Assembly: GCA_040954595.2 (NCBI GenBank)
Contig: CM082587.2
Coordinates: 6,499,705-6,563,704, forward strand
DNA: 64,000 nucleotides
Direction of reading: 5' to 3'
Origin: Balanoglossus misakiensis
Lineage: Eukaryota; Animalia; Hemichordata
The position numbers were made by a program, and so were the translations under genes. Of the stretch, positions 1 through 13,503 are shown in pieces. Position 1 is the stretch's first letter, and every line of letters starts with the position of its first letter. The notes below the pieces were generated by a model. It was not told the DNA's origin. It worked only from the letters and a program-made list of their open reading frames with translations, and did no database searches.

Positions 1-79
1 AAGCATCAGAATCTACAGAACTCTATAGAACTTTTTATGGAATATCGTCTCTCTCTTCAGTTTGTTTTTGGTTTCATCT

Positions 80-3000
80 CTATAGCTTGGCTTTGTTCTT
101 CCTCTTCATGGCAAGTCTAATGTTTCCTGCGGGCTTTTCAGTTGGCAGCATCACCTGAAAAGAGTTTTAAAAAAAAGAACGTCACACCCAGGGAAGACAA
201 TCCAATAAACAGTTTGTTCAGGAGGATTGCCAACAGGATGATGGTTGAAAATCTGGTATGGTGAACTCCCGATTTGGGCGGCGCCTTCTACAACAGCGCC
301 CTCTACAATACAGCACTATTTCATGACAGGAGGGGGGGGGGAGCTAAAATGACATTTCTCAGTGATCAGACAAAACTCACCTCATCTTTGTTTTCCATTC
401 CCATCTTGGAAAGGTCAATGGTGAAATAATGCGAATTGGGCATGGTCATTTCAATCTCAGATAGCTGCAACAGAAAAAAATTCCGCACACTGATAAAAAT
501 AACTTGTCCTACACTTCAACCCTTTCTCAAATTTCACCCCCATTCCTCTGTACAGGTCCAATTTTACCATAGAAAACAACGGATTTGGACCAAACCAATG
601 GATTTGGACCAAATCATTGTGATGAAAGGGTCAAACCAATGCTAACTTCCGATGCCAGAAAATTTACTGAAATTTACAACGTGAAAACCCCCTGATCATG
701 CAAAGGTCACAAAGCCAAAATGTCAACTCTCAGAGATGAAGAACATGACACATTTGCTCAGCTGTGATTCAGTAACTTATTTATGGGATGTCTGCACCAT
801 GAATAGCATATCAGAGTAACCACGACGACCCAAAGTGATGATGTCTGAATGAGGTGGCACAAATTACACGTAACCCTCTGTGAGATAAGATATTTCAGAG
901 TTATGTAGTGTTATCAAACCAAATAGCAACATTCCACAGAATCGTGGCTGGCTTTCCAGAGTGCAATTCTTGTAATTAGTATTTTATGGCAGTTTAATCG
1001 AGACATTTTGGCAACTTTGGCATTTACAACTCACAGAATTTCTACGTGGAACTCAGTTACACTCAAATTCAAGCACAAAAATCATTTTTTTTCAAGACTG
1101 TCTATGAAAAAATAACACTTAACAGATGCTGGGTGCGATGTACCAGACACGTACAATCCAGCAATGTTAGTTATGTCATGAAGGTATGGATCCAGAAATT
1201 TTTTATTGTTTCTTATCATAGCAAACGTAAATGCAAAATAGACATTTTTACCACGTAACATTACACCGGATTTTTTTTTCACATTTATAAAATAAACAAC
1301 GTGGCCCATACCTGTCTCACTTTGGCCATGGCTTTAACTGCAGTCAAGTGCATGGTCATCTGCACCGATGGCGAGTAGACGCCCTTGTCAGGAGGGCCAG
1401 CAAATTCATCCAGGATGGTGTTTTTAACAGCCTCCCTGAAAACGACACGAAGGACAATGGTTCCATTTTAAAGCAGGTCACGTATTTCAGAAGATGAGTG
1501 ATTTAAGGTGCACTCAATCTGGCATGGCTAATCTGGGTACACATATTTATGGGTTGTTCCGACACATCTGCATTTGGTAAACACCCATGTGGAATTAATA
1601 AACGCTACCCCTGTCACACCCCAAAAAAGATGGCACACGGCTGTCACCAGAACTGCTGTAGAAGTATTCATCTAGCGCTGTGTTCATACTTTTTATAGTG
1701 CTGTTGTGACTGGGTCGACAATTTCTGACTGTCCCAGCACCGTGCGTGTACAGCTGGCCAACAAAAATAAAGTCTACATTGAGATGCCTGTGGAGCTCCA
1801 CTTGAAAATCTTTTGGATGATAACAGTATATTTTCTTTCCTTCAAAACAAGATGTCCCATAAATGACAAATATATATGAGTAATGACCATGAAGTATTTT
1901 TTTCAAAATCCTAAATAGAGAGACCAGCAATCAGATGAAACAGAAGCAGAGATGGAACTCCGCTGGAACATAATTTACAGCGCACCCCCAGGTCAAAGAT
2001 CACAGTGACACAAGGTTATCTGCAGAGCATTTGCGTATCTGTCAATGGGAATACACAATCTTCCTACGTCTGACCTCGGAATAATCAAACATGTGCACAG
2101 ATCCAACCATCAAAGTAAAGACCCCCCCCCCCCCCCCCCCCGACAATACATGTCACGAGAAACGGAACCAGGTCTCAGATTAAGTAGTGCAATGTTTATC
2201 TGCAGAGCAATTTTTTGTGTATCACAATAAGATAGCAGTACAATCTTCTTCTGTCTGACCTTGGTATAATCAAACATAAAGATGTAGTCATCAAAGTCAG
2301 ACAAAGTGACCTGGAAGGAAGGTCAGACCGCGTAAAAGACATGTTTGGAAATCACCCTATGGTTTTCTGGCTGTGTATTTTTTCATGTAAATTTTCCCGT
2401 CTTTTTTTAACCCCTCAGAAGTAAACATTCTGGTAACACGTATTGCGACAACAGGCAAATTGGATTTGCTGATTCAACAGTTTTCAATTGAATTCCAAGT
2501 CTTTGCTATTAACATAAAATGGTCACAATATTCACGATTAAAAAATATATTTGGTTGTGACTCACAAAGCAATCAACACACTACCCGATTTGGGTAAAAA
2601 CCATTCCTACACTTACCATGCCCTATCAAAGTCAAGTCCAAAAAGATTATCATAGTTCCATTTGCAGTAGACGGTAGTGCTGAAAAATCTGTCCTTGACA
2701 TCAGGTAGTGTTGTGTATTTGTCTCTCACAAAGCCCTCAAAGCCAGAATTGGTTGTCTTCAACACTTTCATATTCTTCAGTCCGGCGCTTACTTTTGGGG
2801 TTTCTAGAAAACAAGTAAGATCCATCGTAGTTATCCATCGTGGACAAGAGTATCTATCAATTTTGCAGCAGAGTGGTTCCAAAGAAAATACACTTTGAAG
2901 CTATGATGTCTCCAAAGTTTGCAAAAGCTATTTTTTTTAGATTGCAACTGATTCACAACCTCTAGCTTGGTTGACAGTATCATTCTTGACACTTGATCAC

Positions 3001-4392
3001 AAACACTCATCCTCTATACCATCTTGATGATGTATAGATACAACCCTCTTAGGTAAGAATTTATGACTGTTGTACTCTGGAGCAAACATTGTGTAACCAG
3101 ACAAGTACTACACATGGTGATGTCAAATGAATTAGCTGAAGGGGACCGAAAGGGCACGCTGCCCATACAAACACACAACTAATCCATCATTTAGCAAACT
3201 ACCAACAATGTGTCAACATGTGTAGAACAGCGAATTATCCAATATTATATTGACCAATATTTCACTCTGATAAGATATCACTGAGAAATACCTGAAGTCC
3301 TTAGAACTGAGACCCACCAACTGGCCAATATTTTTTCTTTTAAGAATTCATTGTGAAGATTTGATTTTCCTTTCAAATGCATCTGTGATTTAGTCGCAAA
3401 ATATATCTAAATTAATACATGCTGTTTTGCCAGATGTTGTAAAAGGTTGACAATCATGCGATTGTACTTTTTATTTATCCTTGCAAATCATTAACTAAAT
3501 TGGAAAATCCCCATCTCTCGATAATTTTTTTTGAAAGTGTGTACGTGACAGAAGGCAGTCAGTCCATTTTGTATGCATCAAACATTTGAACCTGTATAGC
3601 ACAGTGCACAAACACATGGGAATGACATTGTGATCACAAACTGACCACCCAGTCAGCATCTTTGCTAAAGCTACTGTTATAGGCACAAAACGCAAATAAA
3701 CGCGAAGCAAATGACCCATGTGGCCACACACAGACACAGACACACACACACACATAGAGAAACATACCATATTTTCCCTGGATAACCTGACAGAATCTCA
3801 TGGCTTCCGGACTGAGGATGAACGCGTGGACGTGCTCGGTCCCAGTATTGTTAATCCTCTTCCACGGAGCCTCTTCAATGTATATATTGGCTTTGATGAC
3901 TTGTGGATGCGTCAAGAAGTGGCTGCACAGATCCATTGCAAAGTTCTCTATAGTAGAAATCTAGGGGAGGGGGGGGAGAGAACAAAACAACAATTTGACA
4001 TGTTCCCAATCAGCCATTCTGTGTTATAGGTTCTGTTGCTTTTATACATATCAGGAAACAATCACAGTATTCATCTTCAGAGCAGCAGCAACCAACAGGT
4101 AGTTTTGCTAAGTAACTGAACTGTACTACATTATATTTCATCATAAGTTTATACTTACACCTTTGGTCTTGGCCAGGGCATAAACTGTGTTTTTCTGGGT
4201 GTCTGTTGGAATGATGTCGCCATTATCACCAACCAGGTAATCCTTTCTGGTGGCCAGTGTCAGCTCTGTGTTCACCTCAACCTCTTTGATGTGGTGGACG
4301 TCTCCTTGGCGACGGAGGCGCAAGACCCGGACGTTGTTCTTACCGTAGGCTGTTCCCTCGGCGATGAATTCAGCTTCCACACCACTCGCCAT
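80..4392 (-). CDS. UOX: Uricase (urate oxidase), 6 coding exons, ~298 aa
   Basis: Exons 4392-4159, 3960-3768, 2803-2617, 1435-1312, 464-381, 154-80; all GT-AG; total 897 nt, in frame. Uricase motifs [45 protein letters not shown]. The C-terminus -AKL* is a PTS1 peroxisomal signal. A probable non-coding first exon starts at 5451 upward (donor 5446-5450, acceptor 4410-4411). Confidence 0.96.
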
Positions 4393-5450
4393 CTTTTTTT
4401 AATTTAGATCTGTGGGCATCAGAACAGAAACAGTTGCATTGTGGACTTAGTTCAAATGGTAAATATGACGGACTGTAATATATGGCCATATATTACAGTG
4501 GAACAGCTTGTACTGAAAGGTAAAAAACCACTGACCAAAGCTTCATGCTTTTCTCAGGAAACTAAACATGTTGCATTTGGGGGTATGAACATATCAAATT
4601 GGGTGTCTACATTATCATTATGCGCACTGGCCTCGATCATTTGTGATGCTTGCAATTGACCTCATTTAATAAAAACAGGTCAACTGTCTACCAGTCACGT
4701 AGGCTAAAACTTTTCAACATATAATAAACAACAGCAGCAAAACTGGAATTTAGTCAAAACAAAAGAATAACCTTAATCATTTTTATTGAGCAAAATCTAT
4801 AACCTACTCTGGTGAAAATACATCACCAATCTTATCAGAAGATTGAAAATCTGCCTAAGCATGTTTTGTCTTTGCTGTAATGCATGTTTACATTAATTCC
4901 GTTGTTTAGAATTTTAAGTCATATTGACAATTTTTTATTTCAACTTCAAGAGGTAAGCACTCAGTGATCAAGAGAGCTCGCAATGTAGTGGTTCATTTAC
5001 CAGTACCTTGAAAAAGTTACTGTCATTAAAGGTCTTTCATAGCTTTTGGCTCCAAATGCTCATACAAAATGTCACTGTGTCATTTAGATTTCAGGTCAAA
5101 AACCTTGCCAAGATTTCAGGTCACTGAGACCGCCCCTCCCATCCATGCAGCATCATATATTTCACACTGCACCGAAGAGATCATTTGTTTGATCTTGTCT
5201 CTCTTTCTAGGTCACACTATCCCTTAGTACCCATGCGAGTATCTGGCTGTATTTACAGTTGCATTGCTTCTTGGTTGTAATGGCCTTTCCACGTTTCTGT
5301 TCAAGTTGGAGCAAAGGTACCGTCGAAGTCGGGCTTCGACGTTGCCTGTGCTGCGGAGAAGGGCCACAATTCACAGAAGCGATAATTTAACTAAGGACAA
5401 TTTACATACAACTGTCCCGGGAATGTCATCATAACATACTAAGTACTCAC

Positions 5451-5965
5451 CTTGACAGTTATATTTTAATTCGTGATTGCGTAATAAGATTGCTGTCTGC
5501 TGTGTGCTTAGACTGTCAGACAAATTGACGAGTGACGCTAATGTTGGGCCTGGCTCTTCAAAATTCCCGACACTGGACTCAAGGCCTAAAAAACCGACTG
5601 TCAATACAGAGAACAGTTGTTGTTGTGTTGTTGACCACTCGATCCACTTGTAGTGTAGTTACTTCCACACGCTGAATGAATGCCGAAATGTGCAGCCTCC
5701 GAAAGCGACAACTGAACTTCGCGCACGTTTCAAAACAGACGCCACGCCACAGAGTGTAGAAAAACGAGGTGTGGACCGCTCCAAACCTCACTTTGTGCCG
5801 TCAGAAAGGTCAAAACGTGTGTTTCGGTGTACTCTGTACCGATTTATCATCAAACTGTATGTTTTACGCCTGACCAATCAAAAACACTGGTATAATACTG
5901 TAAAGGCGGCTGCTACCAAACATGTCATGTCACCAAACGATCAGGTGACATGACATGTGACCTTA
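5451..5965. promoter_or_regulatory. Probable divergent promoter region between uricase and DNase II
   Basis: CpG-richer stretch next to the presumed uricase first exon. CCAATCA at ~5874 and E-box/CLEAR-like TCAGGTGAC and GACATGTGAC at ~5941-5962. Positional inference only. Confidence 0.4.
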
Positions 5966-7137
5966 ACAAACCCGGGGGAAGTACTCCCCATGAAAAGCTG
6001 CGCGTGTATGTTTCGCGCCGACTTGGGCCACTTTTTCTACAATATTCACCTGGAGATGCGCTGGGTAATTGGGTTTATAAAAAAGTTCATCTATTCAATC
6101 TCTAAAAACGCACATGAGTTACAAGCTGTCTATATTAATTTAAGGAAAGGTGAGAAAGCTTTAAAATTGGATAGGCGATATCCACATTTTATTTTTCAGC
6201 AAATATTCTAATTTTGAGACAGGTTTTAGATCTAAAAACAGCCTTATTCTACCAACTTTTTTTTCAATTGTATATTGTATGGAAACCCGATTATGCGACA
6301 AGGCGCTTGGGTTTTTATTGGCGGCTGATTTCTAAATCTTGCTCGAACATAATTAATTTGCTGTGAAGGCGCATCACACTAAGTTCTGTTCTTTGATTTG
6401 AATAATTGCCCTACTGTGAAGCAGGGCATGCAAAAAATGATCATGTACTCATTTCTTGTTCTTCTGCACGGAAATCTTTAGTAAAAAGCGAAAGATTTGT
6501 TCGCAATTGCAGAAAAATCAGAGTTACCTATGGGATGGGCAAGTAGGAGGTACCATATCTGGGCCAGTCAATGTCTATAAAGGGTGGCTGGGAGTGGCTT
6601 CAATTTTTCACAAAACACCGCAGAGTTTTACCTTTGCTTCATGTTTGTGGAATTCATTGGTTAAGATTAATCAGAAAGAGTACTTGCAATTTAATTAAAT
6701 TTAATTCATAAATTTGCCGTTTTCTCCGAACCTATAATTTGGTAAAATGTGAATTTTTTTTAACCTGTTGACTTATGGGAAATTAATGTATTTGCATCTC
6801 ATTAATAGTGATGAGGGACTGACACCCCCGGCCGGCCCCGCCCTTGAAAAATAGTTTTATGGCTACAGAGGGCGCTATATATTACCCACTTTTACATTTC
6901 CTTGTTGAAAACTCTTATAATGCTGTCAAAAACTGACATGTATCTTGAGGATTGCATGGTCGTTAATCTTCAATCTTGATCAAGGCTGAAGAGTGGCACA
7001 GCACAGGATGATATGTGAGAGATTCTAGAATCCTTCAGTAATTGACAAAAGTCTAGTAGTACACTGAGTATACAGCCTACTACATGTATTCAGTATTTCA
7101 ATTTTTCATCAGTGGTCTATTTTTGAAAATATCAGAG

Positions 7138-9973
7138 ATGCAGTTAAGTCTTGTGACGTCCCTGCTGATCATTCTGCATTGTTTGGTTACAACCGGAGCC
7201 AGAGATATCACATGTAAAGATCCGAATGGAAAATCCGTTGATTGGTAAGAGTTTGTGTCCTTTCTCAGGAAGGGACAGGTCAGTTTCTTCGGCCTGGGGG
7301 ATATCAAAAAGTGACTAGTCCCCCCCCTGGCCGAAAAAAAACTGACCAGTCCCTAACTTATGCTTGATTCACCAGTGACAATCTGATCATGAACTTTACT
7401 ATGTCTATATGTTCATCCTGCATTTTGTAATCTAGTTAAAGCTTAGTATATATCATATAATTCAATACCTTTCATTTCACTGTCAGGTATATCATCTACA
7501 AAGTACCCAAAGTATCCCAAAGCACCAATCCCCTTATACAAGATGGTCTCGGACACTACTACATGGATGCAAATTCACAGCACTGGAATTTATCAGAGAA
7601 ATCTTTAAACGACAGTAATCATGCCATAGCATTGACACTGCAACAAATCTATGAGAATCAGAAACAGTCGGTAAGTTGAGTTTCACTTGGTTTTCTGTTA
7701 CAAGCAATTGTCAGTCTATGTTCTGATCTTAGTACATAACAGTCAGTTATATATCATTGGTATACTGGAGTTGTGACTTGATGGCCACAAATACATTTAT
7801 AACAGTCATGCAGACTACTTGATGAAGATAAGGTGTAGTATTCAAGAGAATTTATTTTCATTGACAGAATGTTGCCTACTTGATGTATAATGATGAATGG
7901 CCAAATGGTAAGACGTCGGAAAACAGGGGACATACGAAAGGTGATCAATTACATCTTATCTTCAGATGTTTGTAACTTGAAATGTATTTTTTGCATTGCT
8001 GGCAACAATAATCAGTGTAGGTACTGAAAAAGCACACACAATAATGCAGTGATGGAAAATCCATGTCAAGTGAAGAGTTTGACCCTTTTCACCCCCAGTT
8101 CCCTCTTTAGAGGTCCAACCTTACCATAGAAAACAATTCATTTGGACTGAACCATTGTGGTGAAAGGGTTATCTGGATTGAACAATACTGACTATCAATA
8201 CCGGTTTGATTGCACCGTTTGTTTCCTCCAATGACAGGTGATTTGTTATTCGATGATGTCAGCGGGTTTTGGTTGATACACAGCGTGCCGCAGTTCCCAG
8301 ATTTCTCCAATGCCACATACTTCTGGCCAGACAATGCTCTGGCAAATGGGCAGAGCTTTCTGTGTGTCACATACGGCTATCAGCAATTCAAAACTATAGG
8401 TATGTTAAATAAACATTGTTTGCAGGATGTTTTTTCAGTACAGTAAGTTACCTGTGTTACTAACCTGTTTGTTGGGCTTGGATCACCAAATGATGTACCA
8501 TGAATGTGAGGTGAAAAGTGGAATTTTACCCATCTTTTTGATATTGTCTTTATTAGTCACCTGCAATCTTGCACCATAGAAAATCTTTTTTTTTTTCAAA
8601 GTAAACTACTCAACCAATCAGAAAGCAGCTAACTTGACGCTTTTGGGCACGCTTTCTGACAAGCGCATCAAGCGTCTTCTATAACAAGTGCTCTGATTGG
8701 CTTGAGAAAGCACAAGATTGAAACAAGATTTTCTATGGCATAGGTTCATATGTAGAGGGGCAGATATATCTGAGAACAGAACAGCAAAGAACCAGCAAAG
8801 GTAAAGATTGAGCCAACTCTAGAGTAATATGGGAAAGATCACACATTTACATCTTTCTGTGGATTCACACAGCTGGACAGCTGAAATACATGTGGCCATC
8901 GGTGTACGACTCGAACCTTCCAGCAGCAATCGCCAAAGAGATTCCTGATTTCGTAGACGTAGCTGGCGGTAAACACATCATGTCGCCCCCGTGGTACCGT
9001 CAAGGAAATCTGACATCACTCGCCGGGCAGAAGTTTCAGAGTTTTGCCAAAACCTCCCAGTTTGACAAAGGTGAGTTCTGTAAAAGTTACTGTCTTGAGC
9101 ATATGATGTATTGGTCAGTGAAACAGTTACACAGTCAATGCACATATATAAATTCTTATATTCACTATACACAAGAGAGAAAATATCCTGCAATGTCTCC
9201 AAGCAGACAGGCAAGAAATGTTGATATTGAGTTAACTTCATACTTATTGAATAAACGTTTTTGGTTATGGTAACATTAGTGCATACATGACCAGAGTGAC
9301 CGATGAATTCATCTTTGACAGTCAACTTTTTTCATTGAAATGCACCCATTTATGTCCGTCCAGATATTTACGCCGACTGGCTGGCGCCATACTTCCAAAG
9401 CGACATGTTCAGTGAAACATGGCAGGATGGGCGTGGCAAGACGCCATCTTTCTGCGGCAGATACAAAGTTGAAAATGTTCAGCAGATCACATTCAAAGAG
9501 GTCTACTTCCATGAGACGAAGGATCACTCCAAATGGGCCGTCACAACGACCACTGCCAAGTACACGACATGTATTGGAGGAATCAATCGACAGGTAAAAT
9601 TAACGGTTAATTTAAAGCCCCAATAGCTAAAATCTTCAATTGTGAACTTATTCTAGTTTCATAAAAAGCTTGACTTGTATTTCTTTGCTAGTAACCCATT
9701 GCTACGGTAATTAACAAAGTCTCGGGAGATCTTTGTCAACTACATGTACATGAAAACTAACATACATGGACAATTCTTATTGCACATCAACTGCGTGCAA
9801 AACATGCCTTGACATTATGTGCTTGGTTCCATGATTAGTTTTATAACAAAACTTGTCTTTTTCTTTGACAGGACAGTCAGCAGGAACGTGGCGGAGGTCT
9901 GGTGTGCTTTGACATTCCATCTGTTTGGAAAGAGTTTACGAGTATCATTTCTGAAGTTGAACAGTGCATGTAG
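7138..9973 (+). CDS. DNASE2: Deoxyribonuclease II (acid DNase, DNase II/plancitoxin family), 7 exons, ~351 aa
   Basis: Exons 7138-7244, 7487-7670, 7868-7940, 8238-8399, 8873-9070, 9364-9593, 9872-9973 (1056 nt). Signal peptide MQLSLVTSLLIILHCLVTTG. Motifs CKDPNGKSVDWYIIYKVP, YNDE, GHTKG, GFWLIHSVPQFP, NGQSFLC, DHSKW, CIGGINR, RGGG; both HxK motifs are present. The alpha versus beta subtype cannot be resolved by eye. Confidence 0.95.
8575..8738. mobile_element. Short dispersed MITE-like repeat, copy 1
   Basis: Inverted ends CCATAGAAAATCTT / AAGATTTTCTATGG and inverted internal CCAATCAGA / TCTGATTGG. Related copies lie at ~48085-48180 and ~49017-49150. Confidence 0.65.
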
Positions 9974-10560
9974 TACCAGTTGCGATGAAATTTACACAAG
10001 TCGCTATGCAAAGTATATGTGTCGGTTACATATACACAGATTTAAGCATTTAAATTTTATTAATCAAGGTGCAAATTTACAAGCAATCACATTTACTTTT
10101 CAAATTAAAAGTGACTGATCAACAAAATACTTATTTTACAATTGTATGTGCAAATTATAAGCTGCTCATTAGCAAATATGTAGGAATACATGTCATGTGT
10201 AGTATGAGACTACTTTCTATGAAAAAGAGCAAATGATTTTTAATTTTATGGGCATAATGAAGGAATAAATATAATCTTTTACAAGACCTGATGAAACTTT
10301 ATTTTTTACCCTTTTCTGAAGTCATCTTGGAATTGTGTACGGTAGGATCTAACACAGTGAACACATTACTAGTAAATATTTTTTTTGATGTAAAACCAAA
10401 ATTGTTCCGCATGCAATATGTGTTACAGTACCACTAATGGTATTTTTTTTTCCATTTTGGTGTAAAATGATGAAAGTGGGCAAATGAGTAAACACTCTTC
10501 CTATCTATGTACTGACAGAAAGAGAAACAGTATTGAAACTTTCATAGTAGCGCCCACACA

Positions 10561-13503
10561 CTACAATTTGATGACATCACGAACCAGGACTTCATAGTCT
10601 GCAACCTCGGCGACAAATTTCCTCAGCGCTCTCTCGGTGTCGCTGATGGCCACGCCCATGTCGTGGAGCTCTTCCTGGCGAAGCTTGACACCGCTTTCCT
10701 TCAAGAGGTTGACCAGTTCCTTGAACTTGACCACCAGGACCTGCCACTGCGTAATGCTCTTCCCTAGTCGGCTCTCCCAGTTGGACATGGTTTCTTTGGT
10801 CTTCGCCAGTCGTTCTGTCAGTTTCTCCGTTTCTGTGGCAACAATGAGGGCGCGCAATCAATCAACATGATGTATGTGTTTGTATGTATGTATGTATGTA
10901 TGTATGTATGTATGTATGTATGTATGTATGTATGTATGTATGTATGTATGTATGTACAATGTATGTACAATGTATGTACAATGTATGTATGTATGTATGT
11001 ATGTATGTATGTATGTATGTATGTATGTATGTATGTATGTATGTATGTATGTATGTATGTATGTATGTATGTATGTACTGGTATGTACCGGTATGTATCA
11101 TTGTATACAAGATGTACATACACACATATATGTACTTGTGTGTGTACACCAGTATGTGGCCAAAAATGTAAAGGGAGGAAAACTATAGTTGGACGACTTC
11201 TGTAGCTGCAACTCACCCAAATATGCTATTAGGGCACCCGTTAGAGCAGAGCCGCCGACGATGAGACCTGCCCCGCCGGTGAGCAAAACGACCCCGGCCA
11301 CGCCAATCCACGCGAACGCGCCGGTTAGGGCCGACGCCGCTTCCTTTTTCGCTTCCAAGTACTTGACGACTTTACCCAGTACGTCTCTGGTGTCGCCGAG
11401 CGAGTTGACCAATTTGCCTGTGATGACCCTCGACGCTTCCTTGGTGTGGCGGCCCATCTTGATGAGGTCGGACTCCATGTGGTCGGGATCGGTGATGTAG
11501 AGATGCTTGGCTTCTGTTTTGAACCGGAGGAAAAATGCGAAAGTGAGTGAAGTGATGACAGCTAACGGTTATGATGGAGAGTGCATCGAGGTAGACTGCC
11601 ATGGTAACTGTGAGAAACACTTGTTGAATTCTACTAAATTCAACACCGATTTCGACACTTAGTAAATACATGTACTAGTTTTAAAGTTGGCTAACACTTA
11701 CCAGCCAAGTCAATTTTATCCATTAATTTCTTGAAATCACCATCTTGCATGTTGATTTTGAAGAAAATCCTCATTTCGTTGCTTGTAAAATCCATGTCCA
11801 GTACTTCCATTGCCTTGGCGACTTCGTCATCTTGAAACAGAAGCGCGTAGTCTTGTTCCAAGTCGCACGCCTCCAAAAACTCCTCCAAGTCCATGTGTCG
11901 GAATTTTATATCTTCCTTGAGACACTCCAGCATCGACGTGCACTGGTTGCCGTAATCCCTTTAAAATGCAAATGAAAGTAGTATAAAACCATTATAGACC
12001 TGAATATTGCGAAGTTCTGGTAAATGTACGTACTCCACTGAGACAGATACTTCATATCGTATCTGCAGGTTTGCTATGCTTATTTCCTTGTTTATATTTT
12101 ATGTGCGCAAAATATTTCTTCCACACGTTCATCTATTGAAGTTCATCGGTATATTGAAACCCCAATGGAGAAAAAGTTGAAAACGTCTAAGTCAAACCCC
12201 ATTGCGTTTGAGTTTACCATTGTCAGAACCACTTCGATTCTTGGAAAAGTGCGTTTTGCAATGCGTGGAAAGTGAAACAGGAAAAGACATTATCATAGTG
12301 CAACATATCCACTAATGCGTGGGGAATACCCGGATGAATACGTCTGTATGGTATTCTCGGCTAAGGGAGCCTTCGTTTTTTACAGGGAGGGGGGGCCGGT
12401 GGAATTTGAGTCGCCGACTAAAAGTAAAAGGCAACCCCCCCTGGAAATTACTTTTCTAACATGTGACCCCCCCCCCAAAAAAAAAGAAGTTTATCCACCG
12501 GATTAAACTTATCATGGACACAGCGCTCCCATGAAAAGAATTTGAAACCCATGTTTCCCCTCATCAGTGGGTAGTAAAACTGAACATTGTTTTTATTTTT
12601 TAAGTATTTGTATTCTGTGTTGGGAGACATTGTAAACCGAGAATTGAAGGGGGTGGGTTTGGGAGGGGGTGTCCCCCTCCCACGTAAGAAAATTTTATAA
12701 AATACAGAGCTCAAAGCTGCATTTTAATGAACCCAGCAAAAGCAAATTAACGTCGCCGCTCAAAGTTATCATGGGGTGGGGGCAAGTCCCCTGACCTGGG
12801 ACACTAGATAAACCAGTCAATGATTGAAAGGTGTTGATGAATGGAGGGGGTGGGTGTGGGAGGGGGTGTCCCCCTCCCACATTAGAAAATTTTGTAAAAT
12901 AAAGGACGCGAAACTGCATTTTTGTGGACTCAAAATAAATATTTAGCCGTCAAAGTTTTCAAGTCCCCCCCCTTTCAGTCCCTATATAATAATCCCTTGA
13001 TTATAAAATTTGTCCCCCCCTAAAAACTGCTTTGTAAAAGCAAACCCCCCCCTGATTTCCACCGGCCCCCCCCTCCCTGTAAAGAACGAATGCTCCCTAA
13101 CAGCTCGCCATTATCGCTTCAAAATGTCGATTAACATCCATATGTTTCTCAAAAGCAAACAAAACAGAAACGACAACACAATGCTTTCATCCTTTTGGAC
13201 GAATACAATGTCAGGCCTACAGAAACATAGTACAAGGTATGTTTTTGTAAAAACCCACCTGAGTTTTTCACATTCGACAAGTTGTTCTCTGAAGACGGAA
13301 TTCACTCTGCCCTTGGCGCGACTGATTTCTTGTGCGACGTCTCTTCTTTTTACCGAAGGCATAAGCTGCTTCAAACATATAAGGCAAGCCTTGACTTCCT
13401 CGGCGCTATCTCTGATTGATTTCCACGCAGTCGACATCGCTTCTATGTCCAACTCTTTCATCAGTGCGTTGATCTCGACTATGCAGAGCTTCCACGGCTC
13501 CAT
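10561..13503 (-). CDS. Uncharacterised protein A: helical bundle + SAM-like domain + Gly/Ala-rich hydrophobic hairpin + C-terminal helices, 4 exons, ~356 aa
   Basis: Exons 13503-13259, 11958-11702, 11513-11217, 10832-10561; GT-AG; phases 2/1/1; 1071 nt open. SAM-like segment DLEEFLEACDLEQDYALLFQDDEV...GDFKKLMDKI. Hydrophobic stretch AASALTGAFAWIGVAGVVLLTGGAGLIVGGSALTGALIAYL. Paralogous to 14562..16692. Confidence 0.85.
10881..11076. repeat. (TATG)n microsatellite in intron 3 of gene A
   Basis: About 195 bp of TATG with a few TACAATG interruptions. Confidence 0.97.
12267..12331. promoter_or_regulatory. Intronic ISRE-like + kB-like motif pair (gene A intron 1)
   Basis: GGAAAGTGAAAC at 12267-12278 and GGGGAATACCC at 12321-12331. 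Confidence 0.45.
12365..13097. mobile_element. Non-autonomous DNA transposon (MITE), PIF/Harbinger-like
   Basis: About 40-bp imperfect TIRs: GGGAGCCTTCGTTTTTTACAGGGAGGGGGGGCCGGTGGAA and TTCCACCGGCCCCCCCTCCCTGTAAAGAACGAATGCTCCC. TAA flanks both sides as a 3-bp TSD. Internal GGGAGGGGGTGTCCCC repeats; no transposase ORF. Confidence 0.85.

Noticed and set aside
2015-2280. Imperfect duplicated ~80-bp segments around a poly-C tract in a uricase intron
   Set aside because: Degenerate local duplication or repeat fragment with no sign of function.
10818-11216. ORFs rich in YIHT / MYVC repeats
   Set aside because: They are translations of the (TATG)n microsatellite in intron 3 of gene A.
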